NCBI RefSeq assembly: GCF_006345805.1
Contig: NC_043002.1
Span: 24,366,001 to 24,430,000 of the forward strand
Source of the DNA: Octopus sinensis
Taxonomy: Eukaryota
DNA: 64,000 nt
Direction of reading: 5' to 3'
The position numbers and the translations under genes were made by a program. Of the stretch, positions 25,596-38,753 are shown piece after piece; position 1 is the stretch's first letter, and each line of letters starts with the position of its first letter. The notes beneath the pieces were generated by a model. That model saw only the letters and a program-made list of their open reading frames with translations. It had not been told where the DNA came from and made no database searches.

Positions 25596-26806
25596 ATCAA
25601 TTAACGTCCTTTCTTCTATGCTTACAGGGGTCAGATGGAATTTGGTAGTATTCCCCATTGCCAGACATGCTTTTCATAGAAGACTGAAAATGAACAACAT
25701 TGCACGTATGACAGTGATACTTATTGTCTGTGGCTGTATATAACAGTGTATGACAGTGATGGCTGTAAACCAACATATGATGTCAAAACAAGGATACACT
25801 TGAACATGCACACATACACACACACACACCGAGAGGTTTTTCCAGTTCCCTTCTACCAAATCCAATTACGAGACTTTGATCATCCCCAGGCTACAGTAGA
25901 AATCGCTTGCCCAATGTGCCACACAGTGGGATTGAACCTGGGATCACGTGGTTGAGAAGCAATCTCCTGAACCATACAGTCATGCTTCTGTCTAAACATT
26001 AATAAAGGTGACATCTGAAGTTTGTTGAGAGTTACTAATTGATCAGAACTAATGTATTTTCTGGTTCTGAAAAGGAATCAGTTTTCATAATGCAGTGTTA
26101 GAGATTTCAGATAATATTTGTAGGGATTATGAATGTTTCATTTGTGTGTTGATCAGGAGTAGAGAGGAGTGCAAGAATGTTTCCTTGATATAAATAACAA
26201 TTTTAATTGTGCAGTTACAAGAGACAAAAATGTTATATCTTCTTTGGAGAATACTTTTGAGGTCTCCAGTCATAAAGGCAATGCATTTCAGTTGTGAGAT
26301 GTTGAGACTGTGCATGGATGATGTCTGACTGCAAAGGGTTTAAGGTGGAATGAATAGCTGTATAATCTGATTCATGGTTGTTCTTATTGGGAATAAAACA
26401 TAACACTATGTTTCAATTGACTGGGAGAGAAGGCTGTAGAGTTTGAGATGAAGAGAAGAATTGGCTCTGAATCACACAGCTTGATGACTGGGTTTATGAA
26501 AACTGGGAGGTCTACATAAAATGTGGTAGACAATGAAGAAGGAGAGATTGGGTGTGTGTGTGTGTGCAGTTTTGTGCTTGAAGCTAAAACAAGCAGAGGG
26601 AAACATCTTACTTGAGGAGTGGTGGTTATATGAAGGCTTAATCTAGAGGTAAGAAAGAAACCAAGAATCTTTGGAAAGTAATGCAATTGTTAATAATATG
26701 GGTGGATGAGGATACTTACTGATGCAGAATGTTTAAAATGACAGGTGTGCAAGTGACTAGAGAACTTGTGTATTATGATTATATATATAAAGGAAAAGGA
26801 GGCAGT

Positions 26807-26930
26807 CAGAATTTTGGATAATTCTTTATTTAGTGCTTTCATCCATTCATGGGGACTCTTCAGAAAATTTATTCTGAAGAGTCTGCATAAATGGATGAGA
26901 GCACTAAATAAAGAATTATCCAAAATTCTG
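26807..26930. repeat. Near-perfect palindrome, 59-bp arms, ~6-nt loop
   Basis: cagaattttggataattctttatttagtgc...ctcttcagaa|aattta|ttctgaagag...gcactaaataaagaattatccaaaattctg; 4 non-Watson-Crick positions by eye. Confidence 0.95.
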
Positions 26931-27001
26931 TCTTCTTCCTTTTTCTTAATATACAAAATCTGTACATGACTTCTAACAACCTACACACACACACACACAT
27001 G

Positions 27002-27033
<32 letters not shown>

Positions 27034-27109
27034 CTTATAATATAAGGATAAAATTGTTAAAAGTTTTATCAGTCGCTAGCATATGGAAGAATAACTTGTA
27101 AGGCGAAAT

Positions 27110-27521
27110 TATAAACACAATTAAATAAGGGAAAAGAAAAAATTTTCTTTGCCTATATGCTGAAAATAGATGCTAAATCGTCTAAACACATTAAATATTT
27201 TTACTATTATTATTACACGTGTTGAAATGAGCTAATAGAAATTTGTAAAAATTTAGTTATCTCTGTATTGGTCCGATTTCAATATTAATCCAAAGGATTT
27301 TTTCTTCATCAGCGAAGAACACAATGGAAATAAATGAAATACACATACGCACAGAAAAGCAATGTCATGAATACATATAGATACCCTAAATATATCCAAA
27401 TAGAAATTCCGTGCGTAATAATAATAGTGGAAATATTTAACGTGGTTAGACAATTTAGTGTCTATTTTCAGCATATAGGCAAAGAAAATTATTTTTGCCC
27501 TTATTTATAATTGTGTTTATA
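27110..27521. repeat. Inverted-repeat element, ~110-bp arms
   Basis: ataaacacaattaaataaggg...ctttgcctatatgctgaaaatag... is mirrored at 27414-27521. Confidence 0.85.
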
Positions 27522-28133
27522 TATATATAAATATATATATGCATATATATTTGAGATGGGCGATTCTTTCTTGTCTTGGGATTCACGGTCAAACAGCTGG
27601 GTAGAATTGTACAAAAAATTACACAGATGTGTAGAATGATCTGGTGGTGATGCTGGGCTTTGTATTTTTTCATAGCTCTCATGGTTACCGATATAATCTA
27701 CTATAATAATACTCTTGTATTTATGAATGAGAAAGGAAGAGGTGATAGATGAATAAGGAAGGAAAGGATGATGTCATACGTGGTAGTGTGTGCTGAAAAA
27801 ATAAATCAGTGTTTCAACTCTGTGTGAATGTATGTGTGTGTATGTAAAAGGTGGGGTATATGGAGAGAGACAAAGAACATGTTTTACCAACAACATCACA
27901 GTATCTCCTTATTCTCTTGGAGATTTTAGGTAAAATTATACTAATGTGTCCTTCAAATTTAATTAAATTCTATGTTTTTGTGCAGCTGAAGATTGCTCTA
28001 CATTTTAAATTGATGTACTGCATTACCTCTGGATATCCTTTTTGCTTATTTTGATTTTAATCACCTTATTTTAAATTGTATGGATAATACCATAGTAAAT
28101 TCTGATGCCTCAACTTAAGTACCATATTCATCT

Positions 28134-28165
<32 letters not shown>

Positions 28166-28401
28166 ATAAAAATTTGTTTTGCAAGATTCTTGATGTGAAA
28201 TCGTGTGTTGAAACAGATGTTGTTTTTTTTTCCGTGCCAAATAAACACATGCACTATATATTCATTTGTCACTCATTTATAATTGTTGTTCTTATTTTAT
28301 CTTATATCCATTGACTGGAATGTCAGATGTGTGATGAAAGCATCACACATCTGTGGATGTTAAAATGGTGATGATGATATATATATATATATATATATAT
28401 C

Positions 28402-28692
28402 CAGTGGTGAACTGGCCAGGTTGCCAACTTACCTGATAGTAAGTGAGTCCTTCTGCGATTAGAATCCATATATGGGGGCCCGTGTTAGTATTTAAGGGGC
28501 CCGTCACCTTAAGTTTGAGAATTTTTTATTCACTCCTGGAAGAATGCATGATTTCAGCCTGGCTGCGTTTGTAGACAGTTGAAAAGAATACTTTTAACAA
28601 AAAAAAAAAAAAATTAAATTATAGCATTGTAGTTGCAGGTGGGCCCCCTTAGTCTCCTGGCAACCAATATTTTTAGACCCAGTCCACCACTG
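28402..28692. mobile_element. hAT-type MITE
   Basis: TIRs cagtggtgaactgg / ccagtccaccactg; exact 8-bp TSD tatatatc at 28394-28401 and 28693-28700. Confidence 0.85.
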
Positions 28693-29289
28693 TATATATC
28701 ATCATCATCATCATCATCATTTTATCATCCACTTTTCCATGTCCTTCCTGTCACCACCCATCACTTGTCACCAAGCAAGGTAATATTTTTCCATGGCAGA
28801 CATTGCTTCACAGAATATGAGAAATGAATGACAGAGACACTCATTTATAACTATTATGTAACATCAAAACAAGGAGATAAAAATACACACACATATATGC
28901 ATACATATAAATATGAGTGTGGGCTGCAAAGTTCATAGGCTGACTATGAAAGAGTGATGCTAGAGCTGTGAAATCTTGCATGCATTCATTTCAGTGCTTC
29001 TTATTAGTAACTGTATTCTTTCCAGGTAAAGTAACATCTGACTGTTCTAGGAACACTTCAAAAGTAACTAATAGCAAATGGACAAAATCTGACACTGAGG
29101 CACAGCCATGTGTTTAGGAGTTGTCCCACACTTTGCTCTGAGTTTTGCTCATGACATCGTTGCCTAAGGCCTGTTGAATCTTTTGCATGGTTTGAGCTTG
29201 AGTATCACTGCATTCAGTGAAAACAAAAATAAATCTGATGAGTGTGTACTACACATCTAAACTCTAGACATAACAGCTGGTAACAAATG

Positions 29290-29620
29290 CAGCCTACTAG
29301 AATGAGTTGGATGATTTGATTGAGGTCTGGAGAGCCAGTGGCTGCACCAGGCTCCAATCTGATCTGGCAACGTTTCTACAGCTGGATGCCCTTCCTAATG
29401 TCAACCACTCTGAGAGTATAGTGGGTGCTTTTTATGTGCCACTGGCACAGAAGCCAGTCAGGGGTTACTGGCATCAGCCATGTTTGGATGGTGCTTTTTA
29501 CATGCCACCAGCATGGGAGCCAGTCAGGCAGACCTGGCATAGACCACGTTCAGATGGTGCTCTTTACGTACCACTGGCACAGGAGCCAGGCAGGGGACAC
29601 TGGCATTGACCACGTTCGAT
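29290..29620 (-). mobile_element. Copy of the (GAT)n-tailed retroposon family
   Basis: ctggatgcccttcctaatgtcaaccactc followed by gtgcca repeat units. Confidence 0.8.
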
Positions 29621-29669
29621 ATATATGTAAGTGTACATACATCTATATCTATCTATCTATCTATCTATA

Positions 29670-30959
29670 TTACGTTGGCAGCTAAGTTCCCGCCGTTTTT
29701 TTTAATTTAAATTTTTTAAAAGATTTGATAAAAAATAACAACTAATTAATCAATAATGTATTCACCCTTGTTGTTTACAACTTCTTCCCAACGTTCAACA
29801 AGATTTTCAATACCTCATTGGTAGAAATCACCCGATTTTGACTTGAAAAATTGATCCAACCAAGCTCTCAATTCTGCATCAGTATTGAACAAAACTCCAC
29901 ACATAGCATTTGAAAGAAATCAAAAGAGGTGGAAATCCATTAGTGCCAAATCAGGAGAGTACGGCGGGTGTGGCAGCACTTCCCAGTCAAGCGTTTGAAT
30001 GGCTTCCTTGGCCATATTGGTGATATGAGAGCGGGCATTGTCGTGCAACAGAAGAACTCCATGCTGCCGATAAGGTCTTTTCTCTTGAATAGCCGTGTTG
30101 AGTCATTCCATCTGTTGAACATAGAGTTCCGCGTTGTCTGTTTGGTTCTGTTCAAGCAATTCATAATGGATAATCCCTTCCCAGTCCCACCATATGCACA
30201 ACATTGTTTTATGTGGATGAAGATCTTGTTTCACATGCGGTTTCGCTTGTTTACTGGGGCTGAACCATTCCCTATGCTGCTTCATATTGATGTACAGGCA
30301 CTATTTTTCATTGCCAGTAACAATTTGGTAAAGAAATTGTTACTTGCGTCCATGAGTTGAACAGTGACGAGCAAGCAAACCAGCAGAGATTGTGGCTCGC
30401 TGATTTTTGTTGTTGTCACTTAAAGCATGTGGAACCCATGCTCCATACTTCTGAACCTTTCCCATCAAGTGAAAATGCTTCTCTATAGCAGTGTGGGAGC
30501 ATTCCATTTTCTCTGCCAGTTCCCTTGTCATTTTATGAGAATTTTCATGCAAAAGTTGGTTTAATCACTTTTCATTGTTGGTTTAATCGCTCAACTGGAC
30601 GGCCAGAATGAAGTGTGTCTTTGAGGTCAAAATTTCCATTTTTGAACTAGGCATACCAATCACAAGTGGTTGTTTCAGCTATGGCACCCTCTCCATACAC
30701 AGCACAAATGTCGCAAGCAGCTTTTGCGGCCATATTAAAAGCAAAAAGAAAGAGGTGTCAAAAATGCTTGTTTTTCTTAACTTGAAATTCTATTTTAATG
30801 ATCAGAAAATAAACAAAAATGAACTAAAATTAACAAGAAAAAAAAATAGATTAAAAAATGATTCAAAATAGAATTCTCGAAAAAAATAGATTCCAAAATT
30901 TAAAAGCGCAATAAATTCCAAAATTTTAAAAGACGGCAGGTACTTAGTTGCCAACCCAA
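29670..30959 (-). mobile_element. Full-length (~1.29 kb) decayed mariner transposon
   Basis: TA-flanked TIRs (ttacgttggcagctaagt / acttagttgccaacccaa). Fragments GAWVPHAL, KTMLCIWWDWEGIIHYELL, LLLHDNAR and HPPYSPDLA are present; frameshifted. Confidence 0.93.
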
Positions 30960-30986
30960 TATTTATCTAACTACCTATCTGAATAT

Positions 30987-31032
<46 letters not shown>

Positions 31033-31034
<2 letters not shown>

Positions 31035-31387
31035 TAGCAGATAAGCCTGGTTTCACCTGGTCTGTTTAGATGATGTGGCATAATCTATGACAGCGTTTCT
31101 CAACCTTATCATTTCAGGTCCCCTGTTTTGATTGGAGCCTCCAGCTGTATGAAAATTTCCTGACTCCTCACCCTCTTGTCAGAAAACAGCTTCAGGAGTT
31201 GTGAAGAACGAAATTGTACAGTCTGTTTCTGAGAGCTATTCTATTGGACCCCTGTCTAATCATTGAAACATTGATTTAATTATGAACATAGAAAGAAATT
31301 ATACATGAATCCCTATTTTTGTAAGCAGTTGTATCTGTAAAAATTTTATTTGCAGAGAGCAGAAACTGAAAGAAGATATATGAAATG

Positions 31388-31440
<53 letters not shown>

Positions 31441-31980
31441 ATGCTTGCGTGTGTGTATGTGTTTACAATAGTTGATTTATGGAAAAGATTATGTTAAATT
31501 TTTGAAATGCAAATATGTAAATGAAATTTAAGTTCAGACCTCTACATGGTAGCTAGAGCTAGTAGAAATAGCAGCCAAATCTCCCTAAAATCACCCTACT
31601 GTCTTAATCCAACAAATCTGTCTATTATGTAGTTTGAATGAGAAACTGTAACTAAAGATTAAGATTATTAATCCCACAAGGAGGTGAAAGAAGAGAGACA
31701 GCATAGCGAAAATTTTGGCTGAATGTCATCCTGTACTCCCCTTGTTGCTAACAAAATGGTATATGCTAGCTGTGTGAGTAATTGGTTGTTTTAATGGCGG
31801 AACAAACAGGAGAATGCCATTAGAAAAAGTTTTAACTGATTTTCTCAGTAAGCATTCCAATCTATGCCCCTGTCTCCACATGTGTGCCATTTTTCATGCA
31901 AATCCACCCAGCCGTTTGGCTGTAAACCTCAAGAAAAGAAAGAATACAATGATTGCCCATGTTCAATTTATATTATATAT
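31033..31980 (+). mobile_element. Non-autonomous Helitron/Helentron-like element (probably interrupted)
   Basis: 5' actagcagataagcctggtttcacctgg and 3' gcaaatccacccagccgtttggctgtaaa...atttatattatata; same start as 41891. Confidence 0.45.
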
Positions 31981-32211
31981 CATCATCATCATCATCATTT
32001 AGCGTCCGTTTTCCATGCTAGCATGGGTTGGACGGTTCAACTGGGGTCTGTGAAGCCGGAAGGCTTCATCAGGCCCAGTCAGATCTGGCAGTGTTTCTAC
32101 TGCTGGATGCCCTTCCTAACGCCAACCACTCCGTGAGTGTAGTGGGTGCTTTTTACGTGCCACCCGCACAGGTGCCAGACAGAGCTGGCAAACAGCCACG
32201 AACGGATGGTG

Positions 32212-32215
<4 letters not shown>
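31981..32215 (-). mobile_element. Copy of the (GAT)n-tailed retroposon family
   Basis: Reverse complement of the 12410-12600 terminus. Confidence 0.88.
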
Positions 32216-32267
<52 letters not shown>

Positions 32268-32349
32268 TACATATACATATATATATATACATATTTTTTT
32301 ATATTACTGATAGAGGCAAAGGTACCTATCATACATATGTCTCTCTCTC

Positions 32350-33035
32350 CCAGGCCTCTTGATTCCTCAGGGAACAAAGGGCCACAACAACATTTTTCCA
32401 ACGGACACAGTTCTGGGGAATCCTCTTCAGCTTGGCCCACACCATTCCGGCTGTCCTCACCTCTGCATCGACTCTCCTGTACCAAGACTGTTTTGGTTGG
32501 CCCACTATTCGCTTCCCCTGTGAATTCCAGTCAAAGGCCTGCTTGGTGACATTTGGTGCAAGCTTTTGTAGTGTGTGGCCTATCCATCCCCATTTTAGTT
32601 TCTTGATATCTGTCTCGACTGGGGCTTGTCTTGTCCTGTCTCACAGCTGCTCATTGGAGATGTCCTCTGTCCACCTGATGTTAAGGATGTTTCTGAGACA
32701 TCTGTTGATAAATGTCTGGAGCTTGTGGGTGTTAGTCTTGGTCACTTGCCATGTTTCTGAGCCATAAAGTAGATCTGACTTAACATATGTGTTGAAGATC
32801 TGGATCTTCTGGAGTGAGAGGGCTGTTGATCTCCCAATTGGTCACAAGGTGTTGAATGCATGTTGGGATTTGTTTATTCAGCATTTAATGTCCTCATCTG
32901 TCCCACCATCTTTACTGACTACACTGCCCAGGTAAACAAACCTATTGATGTCCTTGATATCTTCCTGGTGCAGTCACACTGGGTCTTCCTGTCTGTTGTT
33001 CAATCGCATGTCCCCTATCTTCTCAATGTTGATCT
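32350..33035 (-). mobile_element. Decayed RTE LINE, ORF2 C-terminus
   Basis: The minus strand reads FVYLGSVV...LLYGSETWQVTKTNTHKLQTFINRCLRNILNIRW...KWGWIGHTL, with stops. Confidence 0.88.
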
Positions 33036-33059
33036 GAAGGCCTCATATATATGTATGTA

Positions 33060-33474
33060 TGAAATCGATCCACATCAATGGAATTTGTTGTTTGTGGTAC
33101 CAGTGCCGGTGGCACATAAGAGAACAATCCGAACGTGGCCGTAGCCAGCACTGCATCGACTGGCCTCCGTGCTGGTGGCACGTAACAAACACCATCCAAT
33201 CGTGGCCATGCCAGTCTCGCCTGGCCTCCGTGCTGGTGGCACGTAAAAAACACCATCCGAGCGTGGATGTTCGCCAGCCTCGTCTGGTACCTGTGTTGGT
33301 GGCACATAAAAAGCACCCACTACACTCACGGAGTGGTTGGCGAAAGGAAGGGCATCCAGCTGTAGAAACACCGCCAGATCTGACTGGCCTGGTGCAGCCT
33401 TCAGGCTTCCCAGACCCCAGTTGAACCGACCAACCCATGCTAGCATGGAAAGCGGACGTTAAACGATGATGATG

Positions 33475-33475
<1 letters not shown>
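33060..33475 (+). mobile_element. Copy of the (GAT)n-tailed retroposon family with ~61-bp units
   Basis: Collinear with 12035-12605, including the catcaatggaatttg leader. Confidence 0.88.
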
Positions 33476-33508
<33 letters not shown>

Positions 33509-34407
33509 ACTCTTGTTTCAACTTTAAAGCTATGATCATTCTGGGGCACATTTAAAACAGTTTGATTTGGTTTCCTTGCTACTCCATTTGGGTTTCAGAA
33601 GCCTGAAGGAGCCAGGCTCTGTTTGGGAAACTGAATCAAACTGTTTTAAATAATACATGTAACTTCCACTAAATGTGTCCACTCACTTGTGTATATATAT
33701 ATAGATATATATATATATAAAGAGAGAGCTAGCTCCTGTGGAGGGCTCTTCCTTAGGTCTTGGACCCAACAATGACACTTCCTGCATTAAGTGCGCATTG
33801 AATTTTATCAAACTTGAAAAATATTTTTCAAGCAATGAACAATTTTCATCAAAACAATGATATAATTTGTCGACTTGCAATTTATTGCAAAGCTGCATGA
33901 TAAACATCAGTACCACCACATCTGCCATACACACACCATTCAGACTTCTGACGCCACCACCATCAACACCTATGACTTCACTGCCTTAACCTCCACCACC
34001 ATCACCACTGTCTTTCACATCACTTACTCTTTGACTGCTTCAGTTACCACCACTACACATATGTGTATGAGTGTTCTTTTACTCATTGTGTGCCACCTAG
34101 CCTAGTATGTGCACTCGTCTTGCACCTATCATGTTAAAGCTCTCAACCAACTAACTTTCATTTATATTCATCATCTATGTATGTACGTATGTACGTATAT
34201 TTTATGTCATCGAACATTATATTACTAGTAAAGACATATAACTGGTCAGAATATTACCATCAGTGGCAATATTTGGCATGAAACCAACTGTAACATTCAG
34301 ACCAATTACATACAATTTGCCAGTAACATTTTTTTGGTGATGTAAAAAATATTCCTGGTCTGTTACTTATACTGGATGTACTTTCATTTGTAACTTATGA
34401 ACTACTA

Positions 34408-34442
<35 letters not shown>

Positions 34443-36259
34443 AACATGCATATGCATGCATATGTTGAAATACTAAATTGAGGATATAGGTTTAAGGCCC
34501 ACTTACTTTTTATCAATCTCATCATTTCCTGTTTATCTTCTTTCATTAATTTGATGTAAGGAAATGTGTAAGTCTATGCCTACATATACATAACTTGAAA
34601 TCACAAAAAATAACAGAAGAAATACTTCTAATTTCCAAATCCTATATCCAACTCTTTTTAACTTACTACACCAATTTCTCTGATGCGCTAAGATAAATAA
34701 TATCTTAAAAGAAGAAAAAAGTGAAAGCACTATAATAAAAAAAAGACATTTTAAATCAAAAGATTTTTCCTCCCCCTTTTTTTTTTAGTTTTGATATCAT
34801 TCCTGATAGGAAAATAATAATAAAAATACAGAGGCCAGGCTATGTTGAAAAGGTCATATTCGTTTACAGTCTTTCATTACAATAGCCATTAAGGGAGGTT
34901 AGAAAATAGAGGGAATAATGTAAAAAAATATTAATTGGAAAGTAAAAAGCATAAGCATTGATCAAAAATATTTCCATTGTGAGAGAGATATTATATCAAT
35001 TATTGGAGCAAAGCACAAAAAAAAAAAAAATCAAACATTTTTTTGTCTTTCTTCTGAAGCAGCCGAACATTTAGTTGATAGTATGGAAGGAGCAACGGGT
35101 CACAATCTTTCTTTCTAACACTAGTGATGTTTGGCAGCCATATTTAACAAGCAATTTATATTACAGATTTTGTTTTAGAAAAATCTATTCTACTTGAAGT
35201 TTTATTTTTTTCGTGAATTATATTTTTGGCGGAATGTATTCTTTTCTCACTATTATGTACACATAAAATATTTAAGTATCTTGGAAATTTCTCAGAGTTT
35301 TTTAACATTTCTTTTTCTTCTAAGTTATTATTGTTTAGCCTTGGCCAGTTCTGATCCAACATACATATGATCAAAAACTTCTTAGCCGTGACAGTCATAT
35401 CCTTTATTTACACATAGTGTATTTAAGATTACATTATTCAATGTGTATTTTCTTCTTTATGTTCTTTTAGATGGCAGGCTGTGGAAATTTTTGACTGTTA
35501 TTTCTTCGATGTAAAGATGCTTTCTAATTTGCTCTTCTTAAAAGTCATATGTAGTGGATGTGTATAACACACACACACACACGCACGCATACACACATGC
35601 ACGCACACAAACAAACATACACATACTCACACACACATGGTGCTTTCTCTAATCCATGTATCTATAGCAGAAGTGATTTACAATGTCATTATGTGTGAGC
35701 TGTTTGGGTCACGGTTGTTTAGGCTTAAATACCCAGATATCGACTCTACAAGCCTTTTCATTCCAGCAGGTCACATGACTTTGTGAATAGCTGAACTTCT
35801 TTGTATTGGTCGGTTTCCAGCTGTCCAATCGTGTTGGCGCAACAGTTTGTTTTTTCCTTACATGGGAAATTTATCACCAGCTCTAGGAACCTACTGATCT
35901 CTATAAGAATGACAGTTCACAACTGCTCTAGGTCTTTGGCACATGCCACTGACCACACGCAACACGTCTCTGACAATGATGTATCTGACACCAGCCAGTC
36001 TCCATTTTCACCTCTACCAGACACCTGCCTACATTGTTGCTGTATGAACACCACACAACCAACAGATCAACGGCTGCCTCTACACACCACCAAGCAGTAC
36101 GTCAACTATGTCTACAAGATCAAAAGTCCAGCCTAACCACGAAGCCTCTCACACATCCTTGTTGTAACCTGTTATATTTATTTTATTTCATTATGGCAAT
36201 CATTGTATTTTATAATGGAGAATAAATCGTTGCTTACCAGTTCATTTTCATCTCAAGTC

Positions 36260-36560
36260 ATCATCATCATCATCACCATCATTTAACGTCTGCTTTCCAT
36301 GCTAGTATGGGTTAGACGATTTTGACTGAGGGCTGGCGAACCAGACGGCTGCACGAGGCTCCAATCTCGATCTGGCAGAGTTTCTACAGCTGGATGCTCT
36401 TCCTAACACCAACCACTCCGAGAGTGTAGTGGATGCTTTTTATGTGCCACCAGCATGGGAGCCAATCAGGCGGTACTGGCAATGACCTCGCTTGAATCTT
36501 TTTACATGTGCCACTGGCACAGGTGCCAGTGAAGCAATGTTGGTAACGATCACGCTTGTC
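36260..36560 (-). mobile_element. Copy of the (GAT)n-tailed retroposon family
   Basis: Closely similar to 20845-21230. Confidence 0.85.
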
Positions 36561-38706
36561 GTATATCATTTTTCACATTTTCCTTATTTGCCATCTTTAT
36601 GTCTTTGTGTGAAATTATATTATGGATCTGTGGCCACTACATTAAGTAGATGCCAACATCTTTTTTAAAGTGAGAGTCAGTAGTTAACTTTTTGTTGTAT
36701 TCTGAAGAGAAGTGGGCCTATTTGGAAAACATACCATGTACCCATCAAATGACTCTACATACCAACACTATTAATTCAGCTGGTTCTTTATTGTTTTGAA
36801 GTAAAACTTAATCAGTGTTTGCTGTGTAAAATTTCCTATTTTGATAAGTTCAGAAGATTTGTAAATTTTATCTGTCATGCAAATAGTGAAGAAACATTCC
36901 TGAGCATTTGGAAAGATAGAAGCTGTATGGAAGAAAGTCATCTACTTTAAAACTATTACTTGAGCAGAGTTCATTTTGTTGCAAGCATTCTGACCAGATA
37001 TTTGGTCTATAGCTAACATGATATTCTACTTCCTATTGAAGAAACTCATGAGTCAGGAGTTCTTTCCCCTCTGTCATCTTTGGAAGTCTTGTAAAAAAGG
37101 TCAGCTTCATACAAAAATAGAATCTCTTCTTATCTTAAGAGTCAGCAAATCTTAACTTTCTCTCTCATGACATATTGTGAGGTTGTTTCTATGCTATATT
37201 CCTTTCATCTCTGAGCCACTACATCATGAAATAATTTTTGTTTATCCGCCAGTTCTTGGAAAAGTTGTACAGATTCCAGAGTATATCTTGCATGCAAGAT
37301 TCATTACCATCAAACCAGTTCCTAGATAGTCAAGTCGACTGCATGTGCAGCAGTTCTGAAAAGAACACAAATAATTTATCTCTGGAAAGCTTTGTGCACT
37401 CATTGCATAACACTGTCTCTGGGTTAATGGAAGAGTCACAGCATTGTCATTATTCAGTTTGCTAGAAATAGCAGCCAAATCGTCTCCAAATCACAGCTTT
37501 ACAGTCTTAAAAGAGATTTGTTTTATAATGTAAACTTAGCTATTTAAACATGTAAAGAAAAGAAAGTTAAGATAACCATTGCTATTATGCCTTTGATTAT
37601 AATTCTACTTAATCAGAGCCAAACCTGGCCTTAATAACTGTATGTCTTTGATTTAAGGCATACAGAGATGGGTGTGTCATTAATGTTAGGTAGAGGAGGG
37701 GAAGGGCTAAAAAGCTCAAACTAGTGAGATTGACATGGTTATCGTGTTCAGTTTGAACATTAACAGCTTGACAGTAAATATATGAGTGGTGTATATATGT
37801 AGGTACAAGTGTGCATATATATGTGTGAATGTGTTTCTGTGTGAGTATGTGAGTGTATATGTGTGTATGTGATTGCGTGAGTGCTTGTGTGTGTGTGTGT
37901 TTGTGAGTGAGTGAGTGTGTGTGTGTATGCATGTACATATCTGTGTGCGTGTGTGTGTGTTGAAGGATTGAAGACTAACAATAATGATGTGTGATGGTGA
38001 GAGAGAATGAGTGATGGATAGCCATAGAGATGGGTGGTGCTAAGAGAGAATGATGGATGTTAGTAAATAGTGACATTGAGGACAGAGAGTGATTGCTAGC
38101 AGTAAAAAAAATAGATGACCGCAAAGAGAATTGAATGTGGGCAGATCTAATACTATCCCTTACTGCACAAGTGGCAAAATGAAAGTGAGGTAGAGTGATA
38201 AAGGGGTGATGGTGAGGGAATTCAAACAGACAAACCCAATATCATTCTTCATTACATAGGCATTATGGTATAGTGAATAGGAAAGAGAAGAGCAATAGAT
38301 ATGGACTTAAAAAGGATCATAATGGGTGAGATGCCCAAATGGAGATATATTAAACATCTCAATTTCTATCTCATCTACCACTTTAACATCTGTTTTACCA
38401 TGCTAGCATGGGTGGGCAGGACTTGTTCAGCATAGCTTATCACTACTTATTGCAGTTCTTCATCATTTCCTCTGTGTGGCTCAGCTTCTTGAGATTAATC
38501 TTCATTACTTTGTCACATGTCATTTTAAGCCTCTCTCTTCTACTGTGTGTGTGTGTATATATACAGAAATAAAAATAAGGATAAAAGAAAATGGTGAAAA
38601 CACTTGTTTTTATAAAAATGGTAGAGAAAATTGTTGATAGCAATTTCTAAATAATTTTTTAAAGTTTGAATATATGTTTGGAGTCATATAAACGATGATG
38701 ATGATA

Positions 38707-38738
<32 letters not shown>

Positions 38739-38753
38739 ATATATATATATAAA

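Noticed and set aside
25353-25743. Poly-Asp, poly-Met and poly-Ser ORFs
   Set aside because: (GAT)n tract, probably an expanded retroposon tail; no splice context.
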